Below, one piece after another: positions 39,530 to 53,119 of a stretch of 64,000 nt of DNA; the stretch's first letter is position 1, and the number at the start of each line of letters is the position of its first letter. The position numbers and the translations under genes were made by a program. The DNA comes from Lama glama (taxonomy: Eukaryota): positions 49,354,001 through 49,418,000 of the forward strand of contig CM052818.1 of assembly GCA_028534125.1 (NCBI GenBank), given 5' to 3'. Below the pieces are notes generated by a model. It was not told the origin of the DNA and made no database searches. It saw nothing but the letters and a program-made list of their open reading frames with translations.

Positions 39530-41070
39530 CCCAGGATTCAGACAGTACTACAGAGCTACAGTAATCAAAACAGCATGGTTTGGGCACAAAAACAGACACA
39601 GGGATGAATGGAACAGAATACAGAGCCCAGAGGTAAACGCACACACCTACAATCGATTAATCTTCAGCAAAGGAGACAAAAACATACGATGGAGAAAAGA
39701 CAGTCTCTTCAGCAAGTAGTGCTGGGAAAGCTGGACACGTAAATTAGTGAAGCTAGAACACACCCTCACACCACACACAAAAATAAACTCAAAATGGCTT
39801 AAAGATTTAAATATAAGACGTGACACCATTAAACTCCTAGAAGAAAACATAGGCAAAAACATTATCTGACGTAAGTATCTGTTCTTTCCCAAACAGTGTT
39901 TTCTTAGGTCAATCTCCCAAGGCAACAGAGATAAAAGCAAAAGTAAACAAATAGGACCTAGTCAAACTTACAAGGTTTGCACAGCAAAGTAAACCACAGG
40001 CCAAATGAAAGACAACGCATAGTCTGGGAGAAAACGCTTGCAAACAGTGCAGCCAACAAGAGACTGATTTGCAAAGGAGACAAAAAGCTTGTAAAACCCA
40101 ACAACAAAGCAAGCAAACAAACAACTCAATCAAAAAATGGGCAAAAGACCTAAATAGACATTTCTCCAAAGAAGACACGCAGATGGCCAATAAGCACATG
40201 AAAAGATGCTCCACATCACTAATTATGAGAGAAATGAAGTCAAAACTACAATGAGACACCACCTCACACCAGTCAGAATGGCCGTCACTAAAATGTCTAC
40301 AAATAGCAAAGGCTGGAGAGGGTGTGGGGAAAGCGGACCCCTCCTGCACTGTTGCTGGGAATGTAAACTGGCCACTGTGGAGAACAGTGTGGAGATTTCT
40401 TAAAAAACTAAAAATAGAATTTCCATATGATCCAGCAATCCCACTCCTGGGCATGTATCCAGAGAAAACTCTAACTTGAAAATGTGCATGTACCCAAATG
40501 TTCATAGCAGCACTATTTACAAGAGCCAAGACATGGAAGCAACCTAAGTGTCCATTGTCAGATGGCTGGATAAAGAAGATGTGGTATATATACAATGGAA
40601 TACTACTCAGCCATAAAAATAATAATAAAATAATACTGTGTGCAGCAACATGAGTGGACCTAGAGATTATCATATTAAGTGAAGTAACAGAGAAAGACAA
40701 ACACCATATGACATCACTTATATGTAGAATCTAAAATATGGCACAAATGAACTTATTTATTTACTACAAAACAGAATCAGACTCACATAGAAAACAAACT
40801 TATACTTACCAAAGCAGAAAGGGGGGTGAGGTATAAATTAAGAGTTTGGGATTAGCATATACAAACTATTATATATAAAATAGGTAAACAGCAAGGTTCT
40901 ACTGTGTAGCACAGGGAACTGTATTCAATATTTTGTGATAACCTATAATGGTAAAAATATATATGTATATATTCACATACAAATATATGTTTGTATAACA
41001 GAATCACTTTGCTGTACACCAGAAACTAACACAACATTGTAAATCAACTATTCTTCAATTTTAAAAAATT
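39530..41070 (+). mobile_element. Artiodactyl-type L1, 5'-truncated (~1.5 kb)
   Basis: ORF2 peptide '[32 protein letters not shown]', with stops and frameshifts; 3' end 'aacacaacattgtaaatcaactattcttcaat'. Confidence 0.93.
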
Positions 41071-41799
41071 TTAATTCAATCTTAAAAATGGTGCTCAAAA
41101 AAATGTAAGGCATGGGTAAATTCTCCAACACCTGACTGTCTGGCACAGAGTAGAAATTCAGGTGATGTATATTGAATGAATGAGTGAGTGCATAGTTGAG
41201 TAAATAGAATATGATGCTAAGTGAAAAAAACTAAAGTCAAATTTTCACACTTGGATGGACCTATATAAAAATGCATATAACTTATTTAAGGAAATATTAA
41301 CTTCATTACAAGTAGCAATGGTTGAATTGTAGTATTATTGCTGTATTTTTCTTCTTTCTACTTTTTAATATTTTCCATCTTTTTATTACTATAATGGAAG
41401 GTTTTTACAATGTTAACAAAAATAAAACAAGCTTTATTTTCCTGCTAACGGGAACTTCCTGCGCTGCTCAGAGCCCCACTGACTCGCAGCAACATCAGTC
41501 CCAACCATCCTTCAAGTGCCACCATCTGCCAGTACATCCCCGCAGCCTTTGACCTCTGCTGCCAGTGCAAACAAGATCTAAGATGCAAAGCTCTAACACC
41601 AGCCTGAGTCCTCAGCACATCAGCGATACAGGAAATGTATCTCCCATGAGGCAAAGTGTTCGCTTCAGAGAACTGGCCTCTGGCAGAAGAGTGACACCCA
41701 GAGGCCTCCCTTCTGTCACTGTTGTCGGTGTTGCTGAGGGTTTTTCTGTAACGTTGTCAACCTAGGTATAAGCTGCTGTTTATTTCTCTTTCCCCAGAT

Positions 41800-41831
41800 A
41801 TACTATTTATATAATAAATACATATATTTAG

Positions 41832-41876
<45 letters not shown>

Positions 41877-42271
41877 TTAAAGAAATTGACTCACATGATT
41901 GTGGGAGCTGGCAAGTTTAAAATCTATGGGGCAAGCCCACAGGCTGCAAATTCAGGCAAGACTTGCTTTTGCAGCCCTGAGCCTGAAATCTGCAGAGAAG
42001 TCTGGACAGTTAGAAACTCAGAGTTATTATGTAACAGTTTTGAGACAATATCTTCTTCTCCAGGAAACTTCAGTTTTTGCTCTTAAAGCCTTCAACTTGA
42101 TTGAATGAGGTCCACCCACATTATCAAGGATAATCTCCTTCCTTTAAAGTCAACCGATTGTAAATATTAATCACATCTACCAAATACCTTCACTGCAACA
42201 TCTAGACTATATTTGGCCAAACAGCTGGGCACCACAGCTCAGCCACATCGACACAGAGAATTAACCATGAC
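41800..42271 (-). mobile_element. MLT2-type (ERVL) solo LTR containing (TA)n at ~41834-41871
   Basis: 'aagaaattgactcacatgattgtgggagctggcaagtttaaaatct' ... 'aattaaccatgaca'. Confidence 0.85.
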
Positions 42272-42444
42272 ATGCGTTTTTCCCCATTCTGCAAATGTTT
42301 TCTCTGCTCCTCACTTGCTTCTTAGATATTTCTTGTCGATATTCCATGGTGACAGGAACTGCGTCTCATTCACATCGATATCTTCAGGACCAAGGACAGA
42401 ATTCTGCCCAGAACAAATGTATAAAAATTGTGGTGGGATGGATG

Positions 42445-42582
42445 AACAGAAGAATGAAAGAAAGGAAGGAAAGGAAGGGAGGGAAGGAAGGAAAGAAGGG
42501 AGGGAGGGAGGAAAGAATAGAGGATGGAAGGGAGGAAAGAAGGAAAGAAGAGAGGGAGGAAGGGAGGGGGAGGGTGGAGAAG
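42445..42582. repeat. (GGAA)/(GGGA)n purine tract
   Basis: Read directly; an L2-tail-like segment lies just before it. Confidence 0.9.
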
Positions 42583-43464
42583 ATGGACAGTTCACATCTC
42601 TTGTAGGTTACTTCTCTCTACAGTGATCTCTCCCTTGCTGGACTCTTGTAATTTATTTTTCAGCCTACACCACAACTCTTGGTACTAGTATAATGCTGGT
42701 TTATGTCTTTCAAATAAAATGTTTAATTCTTTGACAAAAAAGCTAGGTTCTACAAAATTTTCATAACTTTGTACTTACCTAGCAAAGTAATGGAACCATA
42801 AATAAACCAGTAACTATGGGATGACCCTAAAATTTAGCTCTGATGATAGTGGAACATTGGTATGTACATGGCCACTGATCAAAACCTTTTTATTGATCTT
42901 TAAATTTACCCTGACCTTTCTGTGACCAGATCGCATTATTTCCCCAGGTGACTACTGCAGAAGCCGTGGCTCATCCAAGCTGGATGATTTTGCTGTGGGC
43001 TTGTTCGGTGCTGGCAGTGGGCTATGGCACCTGGGACAAGACTAGTTCGGCTATCAAATGCGGAAACAAAAAGAAAAAAATAAATGAGCAATCTCGTGCT
43101 GGCCATCTTCCCTTGTTCTTTCAGATCTATTCTCTCTCTTTCTCCACCTCTGACCACCAGCTTCCTGGCCCAGGAACCTCACCTGAGTGGATTACAGGGA
43201 TGGGCTCCCTGGCCTTTCGGCTGTAAGGTGGGTAGAAATTTGGAGAAAGAGAATAATTGCAGAAAAGAAGGCCTAGGAAACCGAAGGGCAACCTCCTCCT
43301 TGGCAGCCCCCTCACAGGTCTTAGCAATCTCTTTATTTCCCTCCAGGCTTTCACTAAAACTTTCTCCAAATCCAGCCACCACCCACTGTCCACTTGCAAA
43401 GCTTCCCCTACATGTTAGGGTTTTATTCCACAGAACCTCACGTCCAGGGTCCACAATCTATATT

Positions 43465-43970
43465 AATTATTCATAACTGCGTGATAAATTACCCCCGAAC
43501 CTGCTGGCTTAAAGGGCAGTAGGCATTTCTCACTCGGTGTGAATTCCATGGCTCTGCACTCAGCAGCGGCTGCCCTGGGTGCCCTGGCTCTGGCTCGCTC
43601 TTGAAGCTTCAACAAGCATCTTGGCTCGACTACAATCATCAGAAGGCTTGCCCGGGGCTGCAAGGTCCACTTCCAAGCAAATCACTCCTGTGACTGGCAA
43701 GCTGTGCTGGCTCCCGGCTGGAGCCTCAGTTCCCGAACATGGGGACCACTGCACAGGCAGCTCAAGAGTCCTCACGAGACGGCAGCTGCCCTCCAGGCGC
43801 CTGAGGGGGAGAAGGCTCTGGATAACCTAGTCCTGGGGGTCACATGCCATCACTTACGCAGAATGTTCCAGGGCCCGTGGGTCAGCCCTGTTTAACGTGG
43901 GAGGGGAGCACCCAGAGGCATGACTACCAGGAGGCGAGGAGCCCCACCTTGGAGGACACCTGGCACAGGT
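43465..43970 (-). mobile_element. MaLR solo LTR (MLT1F-like)
   Basis: 'ataaattacccccgaacctgctggcttaaa', 'gggctgcaaggtccacttccaag', 'ggcatgactaccaggaggcgagg'. Confidence 0.75.
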
Positions 43971-45539
43971 GTCACACATCCCACTGCTCATCCGGGCAGG
44001 GGTGATGGGCATGGTGGGGTGGAGGACACGTGGAAGGAAACATGATGTTTTTCAGGAACCCCTGGGGCAGGCATGGGAGAGGCGGCCTTTGGTATAAACC
44101 CTTGTTTGCTCCCTTCCTCCAGTTTCCCTGTTTCTCTTTCCTCATTAATTCCAGGTGTCGGCTTCATTCTCTTTACCTCAGGAATGTCTTTCTGGGAGAG
44201 AATAAAATTAGTGTGCAAGTGATCCTAGCTTGTGCTTGCCAAAGCCTTAAACCTCAGAGATGGAGAAATGTACACAAAATTCTAGAAAAGCATGCGGACT
44301 CAGCTCTCCCACTTTCCATCAAGCTCAAAAGAGATGCTCTTGACGGGCGGGGAGGACAGGAGACAAGACACCACAGAGCACTTGGGTCCCAGACCTAGAA
44401 CTGCTCTCATCCGTGCTCCCTAGGAGGCAGCGGGACCCCCGGCAGGAGAATGTCTCAGGTTCACTCTGAGATTCTGTGACCTCACAACAGTTTTAGTGCC
44501 CCATTCCTAGCACAGGAGCGAGAGAAACTTGGAGGCTCAAAGACAGACTTACAGCGGCTGACATCTGGGGGACAGTGAGAACCATCTCAGCTTGAACCTG
44601 TGTGCGCTGATCCCCGAGGACCAGAGAAGCCGCTGCCTTGTCCCTGCAGGAGACATCGGGGCAGTGGGAACACAACGGGGCTGTGTCACGGGCCCAGGGG
44701 AACGGGGGCGTGGGGCCTGCGAGTAGTGACCAGTAGGAAGCACTCACGGCTGTTTACACGCCGGTTTACACGCATGACGCCGATGGAAGCCCCGCTTCAG
44801 GGAACGGGTTGAATCAGTTAACATGTTCGAGAAGCCTTCTGGGTTTTGAGGTGGCCCCCATCCCGCATGAGGTGAGGCGAAAACGACTTAAAGACCCTTC
44901 GTGGATAAAAACGGCTCACCACAAGCCTTAGTTGAAGCGAGTCTGCCTGCCTCTTCGTTAGGAAAATTTGTCCGTTTTACAGTTCGCATCTGACACCAGA
45001 TTCATGCAGGCTCCCACATCACAGCTTTTCCAGGTGAAGAATGCATCTGACAAAGTCTGGATGGGCTGAGCAAGTTCGTAAAGAACCAGCTCCCTTGTCT
45101 CGAAACCCTCTCCGTCCTTCAAGGTGTCTGGGCCACCCCGGCCAGGCTCCTTCCTGCCTCAGCTCCCGAGTGATAGTCTCTCCGCTCCCCCTGCACCTTC
45201 CTGAGCATCTGCGTCTATTGCTGACTCAGCCGGGCTCGGCCTGTGTGCGTCTCCCTGTGGAGACCTTGGCTCCCCCAGGGCACAGCTTGTTTTTCTGTCA
45301 TGTCTAGAGGCCGGGGCAGCGACTCCACCAAAGAGATGACTGAATAAACCGTAATTTCTCAGATGCAAAAGCACAAAAGTGAGCTTGGCGCCAGAACGGC
45401 CTGCCTTTGAAAAGTCACGTCCCCAGTGTTCTTCTCTCTCTGCTTATCTCCCCTCCCTTCCCCCACAGTCGCTGCCCGCCCTTGCCTCCCGCATACAGGT
45501 AAACTCATTGAAAAACTGTTCGCAGTCAGAATCAAAGCC

Positions 45540-46210
45540 TGACCCCCCGGCAAAGCTCGGTGGAAGCCCCCTGATCTCCCTGCGGAAGCGCGTGGTCTGC
45601 CTGCCGCAGGAGGGCCGGGCCATCGGGCAAGTCTGCGCTCAGAACCCATCGCGCCGCGTACCAGGGCAGGACTCGAGCGAGCTGTCCAACTTCCTGACGC
45701 CACGCCCTCATCTGCAGAGCAAGTGCTCGGGATCATGACGACCCCGGGGGTTCCTGCGCATCGGGGAGACCCCGCGCAGGCAGAGCTGGGCTACAGGCTG
45801 GCCCCCCGGAGCCGCGCGGCGGCGGCGGCGCCCCTCCGCGCGCTCTCTCCCGAGGCCAGCGCCCCGCGCCCGCGGCTGGCGGACGGACGGACGGGGCGTG
45901 CAGCCAGGGCCCTCCCTGCCCCTGCCCCCCTCCAAGAGGCTCTCCGCGCGGCCGGGCGGCGCAGTCAGAGGGCAGTGGCCCTGGGGCTCCACGGCCCTTC
46001 ACCCACGCAGCTCTGCCACCACGGGTGGAAGGAGCAAAGCGGGCCACGGCCACCAGCGCCCACCTGCAGTGCCCGCGACCTGCCCCCAGGCCCGCGCGGA
46101 GCCGGGAGCAGGCGCAGCGCGGTCTCCGCGAGCGGCGAGTGGAGCGAAGCCTTCAGCAAACGCCGCAGGAGCTCACCAGTTCAGTTTCGCGCAGCTACGC
46201 CGACACTGAG
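45540..46210. promoter_or_regulatory. CpG island 2
   Basis: Very dense CpG/GC with a short (GGC)n run near 45817. No gene could be assigned. Confidence 0.85.
45625..45830 (+). mobile_element. MIR, GC-transformed, inside CpG island 2
   Basis: Collinear MIR anchors: gccgcgtaccag, gactcgagcgagctgtccaacttc, cctcatctgcagag, gcagagctgggctacaggctggc. Confidence 0.6.
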
Positions 46211-46806
46211 CTCCATTCTGTTTTCTTTACGAATGGGGCAAAGCCCCTCCAGAGGTAGTAAATCAAGTTCAGTCATTTAGTTACCAAGTCCTTCCCCATG
46301 AAACTCCAAGTCAGCGGTTGAAACGACCAGCCTCTTCAAAATAATTAAAAGCAGACATCCGGATTCACTAGTTACTGAGCCGTTCACAGCCTCAGAAGCC
46401 TTCTGTGGGTAACCGAGCCCGCGTTCAAAAAGGAAAGGAGTGTTTTTCAGTTTCTTTTAAACAGAAGCTTATCGTCCATGAACATGAAACACAAATGTCC
46501 AACAAAAATTTACTTTTTTTATTTCAGCAAGTTAATGTCAACACATGTTATTAATTTTTGCTACCAAGCCAGTCTTAGTGGGGAGTCTGGAAGCGCGGCC
46601 AACCGGAGTTTAACGAGCTGCTGGCTGTTCAACGGCGCACGTACCACAGGGAGGCCAGATGGACCATTCGGTTGCACCCTCCGCATGCTTTTCTGGAACG
46701 TGGAGAGGCTCCCCCCCATCGCTGGCACACCTCTCGATGTCCGTAAAGTCTTCTCTTTCTAAGTCCTCGCAATGCGTCTTCATGATTCTCCAAGACCAGC
46801 GTCAGC

Positions 46807-47306
46807 NNNNNNNNNNNNNNNNNNNNNNNNNNNNNNNNNNNNNNNNNNNNNNNNNNNNNNNNNNNNNNNNNNNNNNNNNNNNNNNNNNNNNNNNNNNNNN
46901 NNNNNNNNNNNNNNNNNNNNNNNNNNNNNNNNNNNNNNNNNNNNNNNNNNNNNNNNNNNNNNNNNNNNNNNNNNNNNNNNNNNNNNNNNNNNNNNNNNNN
47001 NNNNNNNNNNNNNNNNNNNNNNNNNNNNNNNNNNNNNNNNNNNNNNNNNNNNNNNNNNNNNNNNNNNNNNNNNNNNNNNNNNNNNNNNNNNNNNNNNNNN
47101 NNNNNNNNNNNNNNNNNNNNNNNNNNNNNNNNNNNNNNNNNNNNNNNNNNNNNNNNNNNNNNNNNNNNNNNNNNNNNNNNNNNNNNNNNNNNNNNNNNNN
47201 NNNNNNNNNNNNNNNNNNNNNNNNNNNNNNNNNNNNNNNNNNNNNNNNNNNNNNNNNNNNNNNNNNNNNNNNNNNNNNNNNNNNNNNNNNNNNNNNNNNN
47301 NNNNNN
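46807..47306. other. Assembly gap (500 N)
   Basis: Exactly 500 N. Confidence 1.
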
Positions 47307-49118
47307 TAAGTCGCTGAGGAGACACCAGCACCGTGCCCGCAGTCCACGCGCCGTCCCTGGCCTCCCGGGCCGTCTGCACTGCGGACATGAGGGGCACAGC
47401 ACAGAAGACAGGGTGTACTCTCCTTCTTCTGCACGAGGAGCCTTCCCATTTTGTAGGTGAGACACTGCAGCCAGGACGGAGGAGCGACCTGACAGGCTAA
47501 CCTGGAGAGCGAGGACAGAGCTCCTGTCCGTGCCGGCCCCACCCCCACAGCATCACTTGTCCCCTGTCTCTTCTGCTCTGACAAGTACTGGTTGCTATAA
47601 AAATGGGCAGGGAAGGAGCCTTGAGGAAGCCCCACTCAGGTGTCTGTCTGGAGCTGGATTCTAGTCCAGGGACGTGGGCTCTGCCTGGAAAGGACAGAAG
47701 AGCAGAGGCTGGCCACAGAGAGGAGAGGGCCAGAGACGCGCAGCACACCGGGGGCCGGATGACGGGCGCAAACTTGTCTTCAGCGCATCTCGTACAGAGC
47801 AGGCAGCTAAGCCGTACTCCTTGCCCTCCCCACTGCGGGATCCTTCCTAGAAGGCGTCCCTAGTCCACTAAACGACAGCGCCCGCCTATCTCTAGAATTC
47901 CATGCTGGATTAGCATTGACAAGCAAAAAAAAAAAAAATCCATCCTCTGCTTCTCCGTGCGAAATTTAAATTGGCGGGGCAGAGACGCTGCCCCTTCTTT
48001 AATGGGTCATGAGAGAATTAGAGAGCTTTCATGAAGCAGCTGGGATTCAGGCTGAGGTTCAAAGATTTCCAGCAGCATATTTTGGTGATTAGGAAAAGCA
48101 AGCGCTTAATTTCTGACTGGCTTTCTCTGCTATGCCTGACACTTCCGCCTGGCTTCCAAGTATTTAATCCCTTCTTCTTTCCCTCCCAAGTAAAAACATT
48201 CACACGTTTCCTTTATAATGTGGTATGTTAAGAGGATATGGATTTTCATGTCTTCGGCTTCTGTAGGCTTCTGAATATATTTTGTCAGTAAGGAAACTCT
48301 CCCCGGCGGGACCTGGGGATAAGGGCCACTGCTGCAAGCGCCTTGGAAAATGGAAGCGCTGGGGCAGTCGGCCCGAACCGTATTTGCTGCAGGAAGTGCT
48401 GGGCTTTCTGGGAGGAAAGAGATAAAGAAGGCTCTGCGATAATAGAATAAAGAGGATTTTTTCTTCTCCTTCTGTGTGTTTTTCCTAAGATTTTATTTTG
48501 AAAAATTTAAAGCATACAGAGAAGTAGAAAGAAAACGAGCACCGTATAGGTAGACTCTCAACATACATCAAAAGTGGTTTGCATTTAGCCAAAGGTACAT
48601 GTTCTTTCGCATCTATTTCCCCCCAGATTTGTTCAAAGTCAGGATAAGACATTACGACCCTCTCCTCCTATAAAATTTGATATGTTCTTTCTGAGAATAA
48701 GGACATTTTCTCACCTAAACACTTGCCACTTCAAGTCTCCTGATGACAAGAGCAGCGACAACACTGGTGACAGAATTCCACAGTGTCACAAAACGCCCGG
48801 CCTGTGCGTGCGTCTCGTCAGTTCTGACAGAAACGCCTCTTACACCTCTTCGGGCTTTTTCTTTCTCTTTTTCTTCCTTTTCTGACTGAAATCCAGTTCG
48901 GGTCCGTGCCCTGGACGCGGCTGCCATTCTCCTCAGGCTCTGCTGTTACGGGACAGGTCTCTCGCGTGCTCGGTCTTCAGCTCGCTGTGTTATTTAAATG
49001 CGGTGCGTGACCTTCTAGAACGTGCCGTTCTCCAGCGTTCTGTGCCTGTCTCCTCGTCACGTCCTTACTTGTTCCTCAGTCTCCTGTGGTGTCTTTGAAC
49101 TGGAAGTTCAGTCTGTGA

Positions 49119-49336
49119 CCGGGCGCAGTGCACCGTGGCCATGGGCCAGGTCTGTCCACAACCTCTGTTGTGAACAAAGCTTTATTGAAACACAGTCACA
49201 CCCAGTTACTCAGATGTTGTCTGTGGCTGCCTTTGTGTTACGACAGAGCTGGGAGTTGTAGAAGAAAACATATGACCCACGAAGACCGAAATACTGATTC
49301 TCTCTCCCTTTACAGAAAAAGTTTGCCAGTCCCTGG
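49119..49336. mobile_element. MER58A hAT-Charlie MITE
   Basis: 'caaagctttattgaaacacagtcacaccc' and terminus 'ccctttacagaaaaagtttgccagtccctg'; ~220 bp. Confidence 0.88.
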
Positions 49337-50219
49337 TCTTGAAGTCTGAGTAGATGCAAGCTAAACACATCGATCAAGAACCTTTGAGAGGTGATCTGAG
49401 TACCCCCTGCCGCACCACATAGAGAGATGCACCTGTCAGGACGCCCCTCCACTAGTGATGCCCATCCATCACTGTCTCTCCATCGGAAATGCATCTTGCT
49501 CTTTGCAGTACTAAGTGATCTGTGGGGAAACACTTTAACACCATTAAAGTACCTTTCCCAACATTGCTGACTCTTGCCTGAATCAGTTATTTCCAATTGG
49601 TTGTGACTTAAGTTTTTTAGACGGCATTGTGGCGTGAGACAAACGTATAGTTTATTTCCTTTCTGTCAGTTTTGCTTTTCATTTTTGAGTTTCACATCAA
49701 ATTCTTGGATTTTTTTTTTACTTGAATGGAAAAATCCTGTACTAAAAATTTTTGATGTTCAAATTTCCCACTAAATTTGCAATGGGAGCCTCTTAAAAAT
49801 GGTTCTTATACACTCTTGGCATAACCTCCTTCGTATTTAAGACTCCCAGGCTTACTGGCACTTAAGAAGGCATCTCAAAGGCAGTCTGTACGGTCCCTGT
49901 CCGGGGGCCAGAGTCGGACGCTTCTCTGAAGAGCCTTAGATCCTTTGTGGGGAAAGGTATTTAGAACCTAAGACCTGGACACTCGTTCACTGCTTCAGAG
50001 CGGCTGCTGTTGAGTAGTTAGAGCGAGGAAACCAGGAGAACTCAGGACCTGATGCTGCCTCTTCCAACTCAAGTCTGACATCAGCCCGTTCCCCACATAC
50101 GTACTTGCATCTATTGTCTCTGACACCAAAGTCATGGTTCACAAACCACGACTATATTTATTTATTCACCTCATCCTATAATAGGTAGAATAACTTTGAC
50201 ATTTTAAGAGCCATACTTA

Positions 50220-50528
50220 CAAAACAGAAACAGACTCACAAAGAAACGTATTGTTACCAAGGGGGAAGGGGGTGGGAACGGATAAATTGGGAGTTTGAGA
50301 TTTGCAGATACTAACTACTGTATATAAAAGAGATCAGCAAGTTCATACTGCACAGCACAGGGAACTATATCCAATATTTTGTAGTAACTTATGGTGAAAA
50401 AGACTATGAAAATGAACATGTGCATGTTCATGTATGACTGAAGTGCTGTGCTGTACACCAGCAATTGACACAGCATTGTAAACTGACTCTACTTCAATAA
50501 AAAATAAATAAATATATATATCAAAAAA
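50220..50528 (+). mobile_element. Truncated L1 3' UTR
   Basis: Similar to other in-window L1 3' UTRs; A-rich tail; degenerate TSD aagagccatacttac / aagagcaatattac. Confidence 0.88.
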
Positions 50529-51409
50529 AGAGCAATATTACTACCAACAAGAAACTCACTGCATGAAGCTACGTATTTCTTCCCCTCCTCCTCTCTTCCT
50601 CCTTCTCCTCCTCTTCTCCAGAATACTCCCCTAGAGTGTACAATCCAGGCACAGTGTCAAAATTTACTCAATACTCTATGTTCTTTGCATGATGATACAC
50701 ATATTTGCGATTTTAGGGGTTTTTTTTCTTTTTGATTGAATTTTTCTAACATACACAAAATGTTTACATTTTCCTTATCCTGGGTCCCTGGAGAAGCCAT
50801 CCATAGAGAGACAGAGGGACTTGAAACTTAGACCACTGTGCTGTCCCACCTGGACCCTGGAAAGGCGCCCGGGCCTCAGGGAAGAACTGGACAGGCCGCT
50901 CCGGGAGACCTGCAAGACGGCACGTCCTCTGTTTAATGTCCCTGCATCACCCTCTGCTGGTGCAGCTTCGTATTGTGACAGCAGGCAGAGGACACGCGGA
51001 CATGTGTGCAGGACCCAGCTCCGTTCTCACGGAGGAGGGGCTGACGGCTAACGTAGGCCACGAGAGACAGTGAATGAACAACCAGCTGACCCACAGCTCT
51101 CCCCACAGCCCTGCTCTGGTGGCCACCTCTTCCCCCGTCGCCCAGTAGGGGAAACACAGTCCCGCGTCCAGGTTCTTCGCAGAAATCTTGCCAGTCCTGG
51201 GAACGCAGCACCTTCGGTTGCTCTGTGACCTCAGTTCTCTGAAGGGTGCAAAAAGCTGCTGGGATTTTGTAGGCGACCTGGCTCGGCCTCACCGCGTGCT
51301 TGGCAGTGGCGTTCTTCCGCGCTTCCCCACCTGCAGCGGAAGCAGGCGCGAGTGCCCGTGGCTCAAGAGCTGGGTGACGCAGAGCGTTTACAGCACAGGG
51401 GACGTGGGC

Positions 51410-51880
51410 GCGGTCGTGCCCTGGTGGGAATACACGTTTGTGGAGCCATTCTGACAAGAAACCTTGCAATACTTGGTCAAGTTACAAGTAAGCACAGCCT
51501 GATACGGAGCAGAACTTTTCATGGGTCTATGCGCAACTGAATTCTCAAGCAGATCCAAAACGGGCTTTTTCAAAGATGTCCACCACACTGTTGTTTGTGG
51601 TGGTGAAGAACCAGGGCCAGTCTTGCATCTGAACTGGCGGGGGTCGGGGGGTACGTGGTGGGGGTGCCCCATGGCACCCTCCGCAGCAGCTCAGGAGAGC
51701 AGGTCAGATGTACTTAGTAACGTGACACTTACATAAATTAAAAATAATGCAGATAAACCAACAATGCAGGCTTTGCAAAAATAGGTATGAACAATAGGAT
51801 ATGTATTAACACATTAGAAAGATTGCCTGTGGGAGCAGAGGAAATGGAATCGGGGAATGAGAAATACGCAGAAATAAATA
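51410..51880 (+). mobile_element. Ancient L1ME-like remnant
   Basis: 'ctggtgggaatacacgtttgtggagccattctg...ttgcaatac' is a decayed ORF2 C-terminus. Confidence 0.5.
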
Positions 51881-52100
51881 ATAATAACTAACAGAAATGA
51901 TAGTCAGCAATTACTAGGTGCTGGATATAGCGCTCTGCACAAATTAACTTTTTAAATCCTCACTACAGCCCTAAGAGATCGCAATTATTATTACCTTCAT
52001 CTCACAAACAAGAACACTGATGCGGAGAGAAGTGGGATAAATAGCCCCAGAGCGCACAGACCGCAAGGCCGCACGTAAAGCAGGCAGATCAGTGCGAGGA
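51880..52100 (-). mobile_element. MIR
   Basis: 'tttaaatcctcactacagccctaagagatcgcaattattattaccttcatctcacaaa'. Confidence 0.75.
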
Positions 52101-53119
52101 AGAGCCATGGGGTTCTTCAGTAATAACAGTAATAGTGATGATAATAAAGTCAACAGTGGCCCAGCATAGACAGGCCTGAACTGGTCCTCTTAGAGTGTTT
52201 TTGTACTTAGTCTAATACAAGCACAAGCTAAGCAGCAATTTAAGAAAAAGAGAAGGACTTTAAATGACATGGACACAAGCTACATAGGAGTTTATCTTGC
52301 TCTGGGCCTGGATCTCAGCCGGACATGCCAGCTTAACTCCCATCATGTTTGGCCTCTTTATTCTGCATTTAAACCAGCAGGACTGTGGACAGGCTCATGG
52401 GCCTCCGTGTTCGTGCCTTTACCGATGTAAGTCCGGTGTCGTATACGTGGTTCCACTGGCAACCAACGAACCAATGCGTCATCAGACGGCGGGACCTGGT
52501 CCCGGGCTGGAAGATGATGGTGTCTGGCTGGGTCGCTGGCTCCAGGTGGAACCTGGGAGCTCTGTTCAAAGGAGTAGAATGAAAATATGTCAGTAAATAG
52601 TTTTCATCTCTTAGGTTCCTTCTTTCAGAAGAATGTGTCGCTTGCTCTATTTTTCTTCCTCTTGTTCATCAGAGTTTACCTAGGGAAATTTCACTGTCTC
52701 CAAGCCAAGTTTAAAGGTTTCACATGGTATGTGCATTACAAGGACTCACAAGCTTTCTCCTGGCCTCTGGCAAAATAATGTTCACCTGGTCCGGTGTCTG
52801 CCAGTTGCTGGCTGCTGGGCGATGGAGCCGCGGGTTGAGTCGGTGTGGGTGGCCGTGTGTGCACCCAGCCCCTGTGTGCCAACACGGCACCGCAGACATG
52901 GGGACCTCCTTTATGAACGAACACTGCTTCTTCCCTCGGCTTTTTATTCTGTAAACTGTTGTGTAGCAAAGGGAGGGACTGGAGGTGAAAGCAATTTTCT
53001 CAAATCACAAAGCCACTGTCATGGGGAGCTGGGCTTAAGGTCCAGCATTATTTCCAAGTGCACCCTTAGTGGATTCCAGATGTTCTGAGTGTAAATTGCC
53101 TTTGTTTTGAACACTTGCT

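Larger units (their letters stand above)
48488..50770 (-). mobile_element. Ancient L1MC/ME-like 3' UTR, antisense, interrupted by MER58A and a younger L1
   Basis: Starts 'attttattttgaaaaatttaaagcatacagagaagtagaaagaa'; also 'ctgagaataaggacattttctc' and 'ggtatttagaacctaagacctgg'. Confidence 0.65.

Noticed and set aside
39909..40700. 263-aa minus-strand ORF
   Set aside because: Antisense reading of L1 ORF2, a familiar artefact.
46629..47635. ORFs of 181-278 aa (also 24111-24707)
   Set aside because: They read through N gaps.
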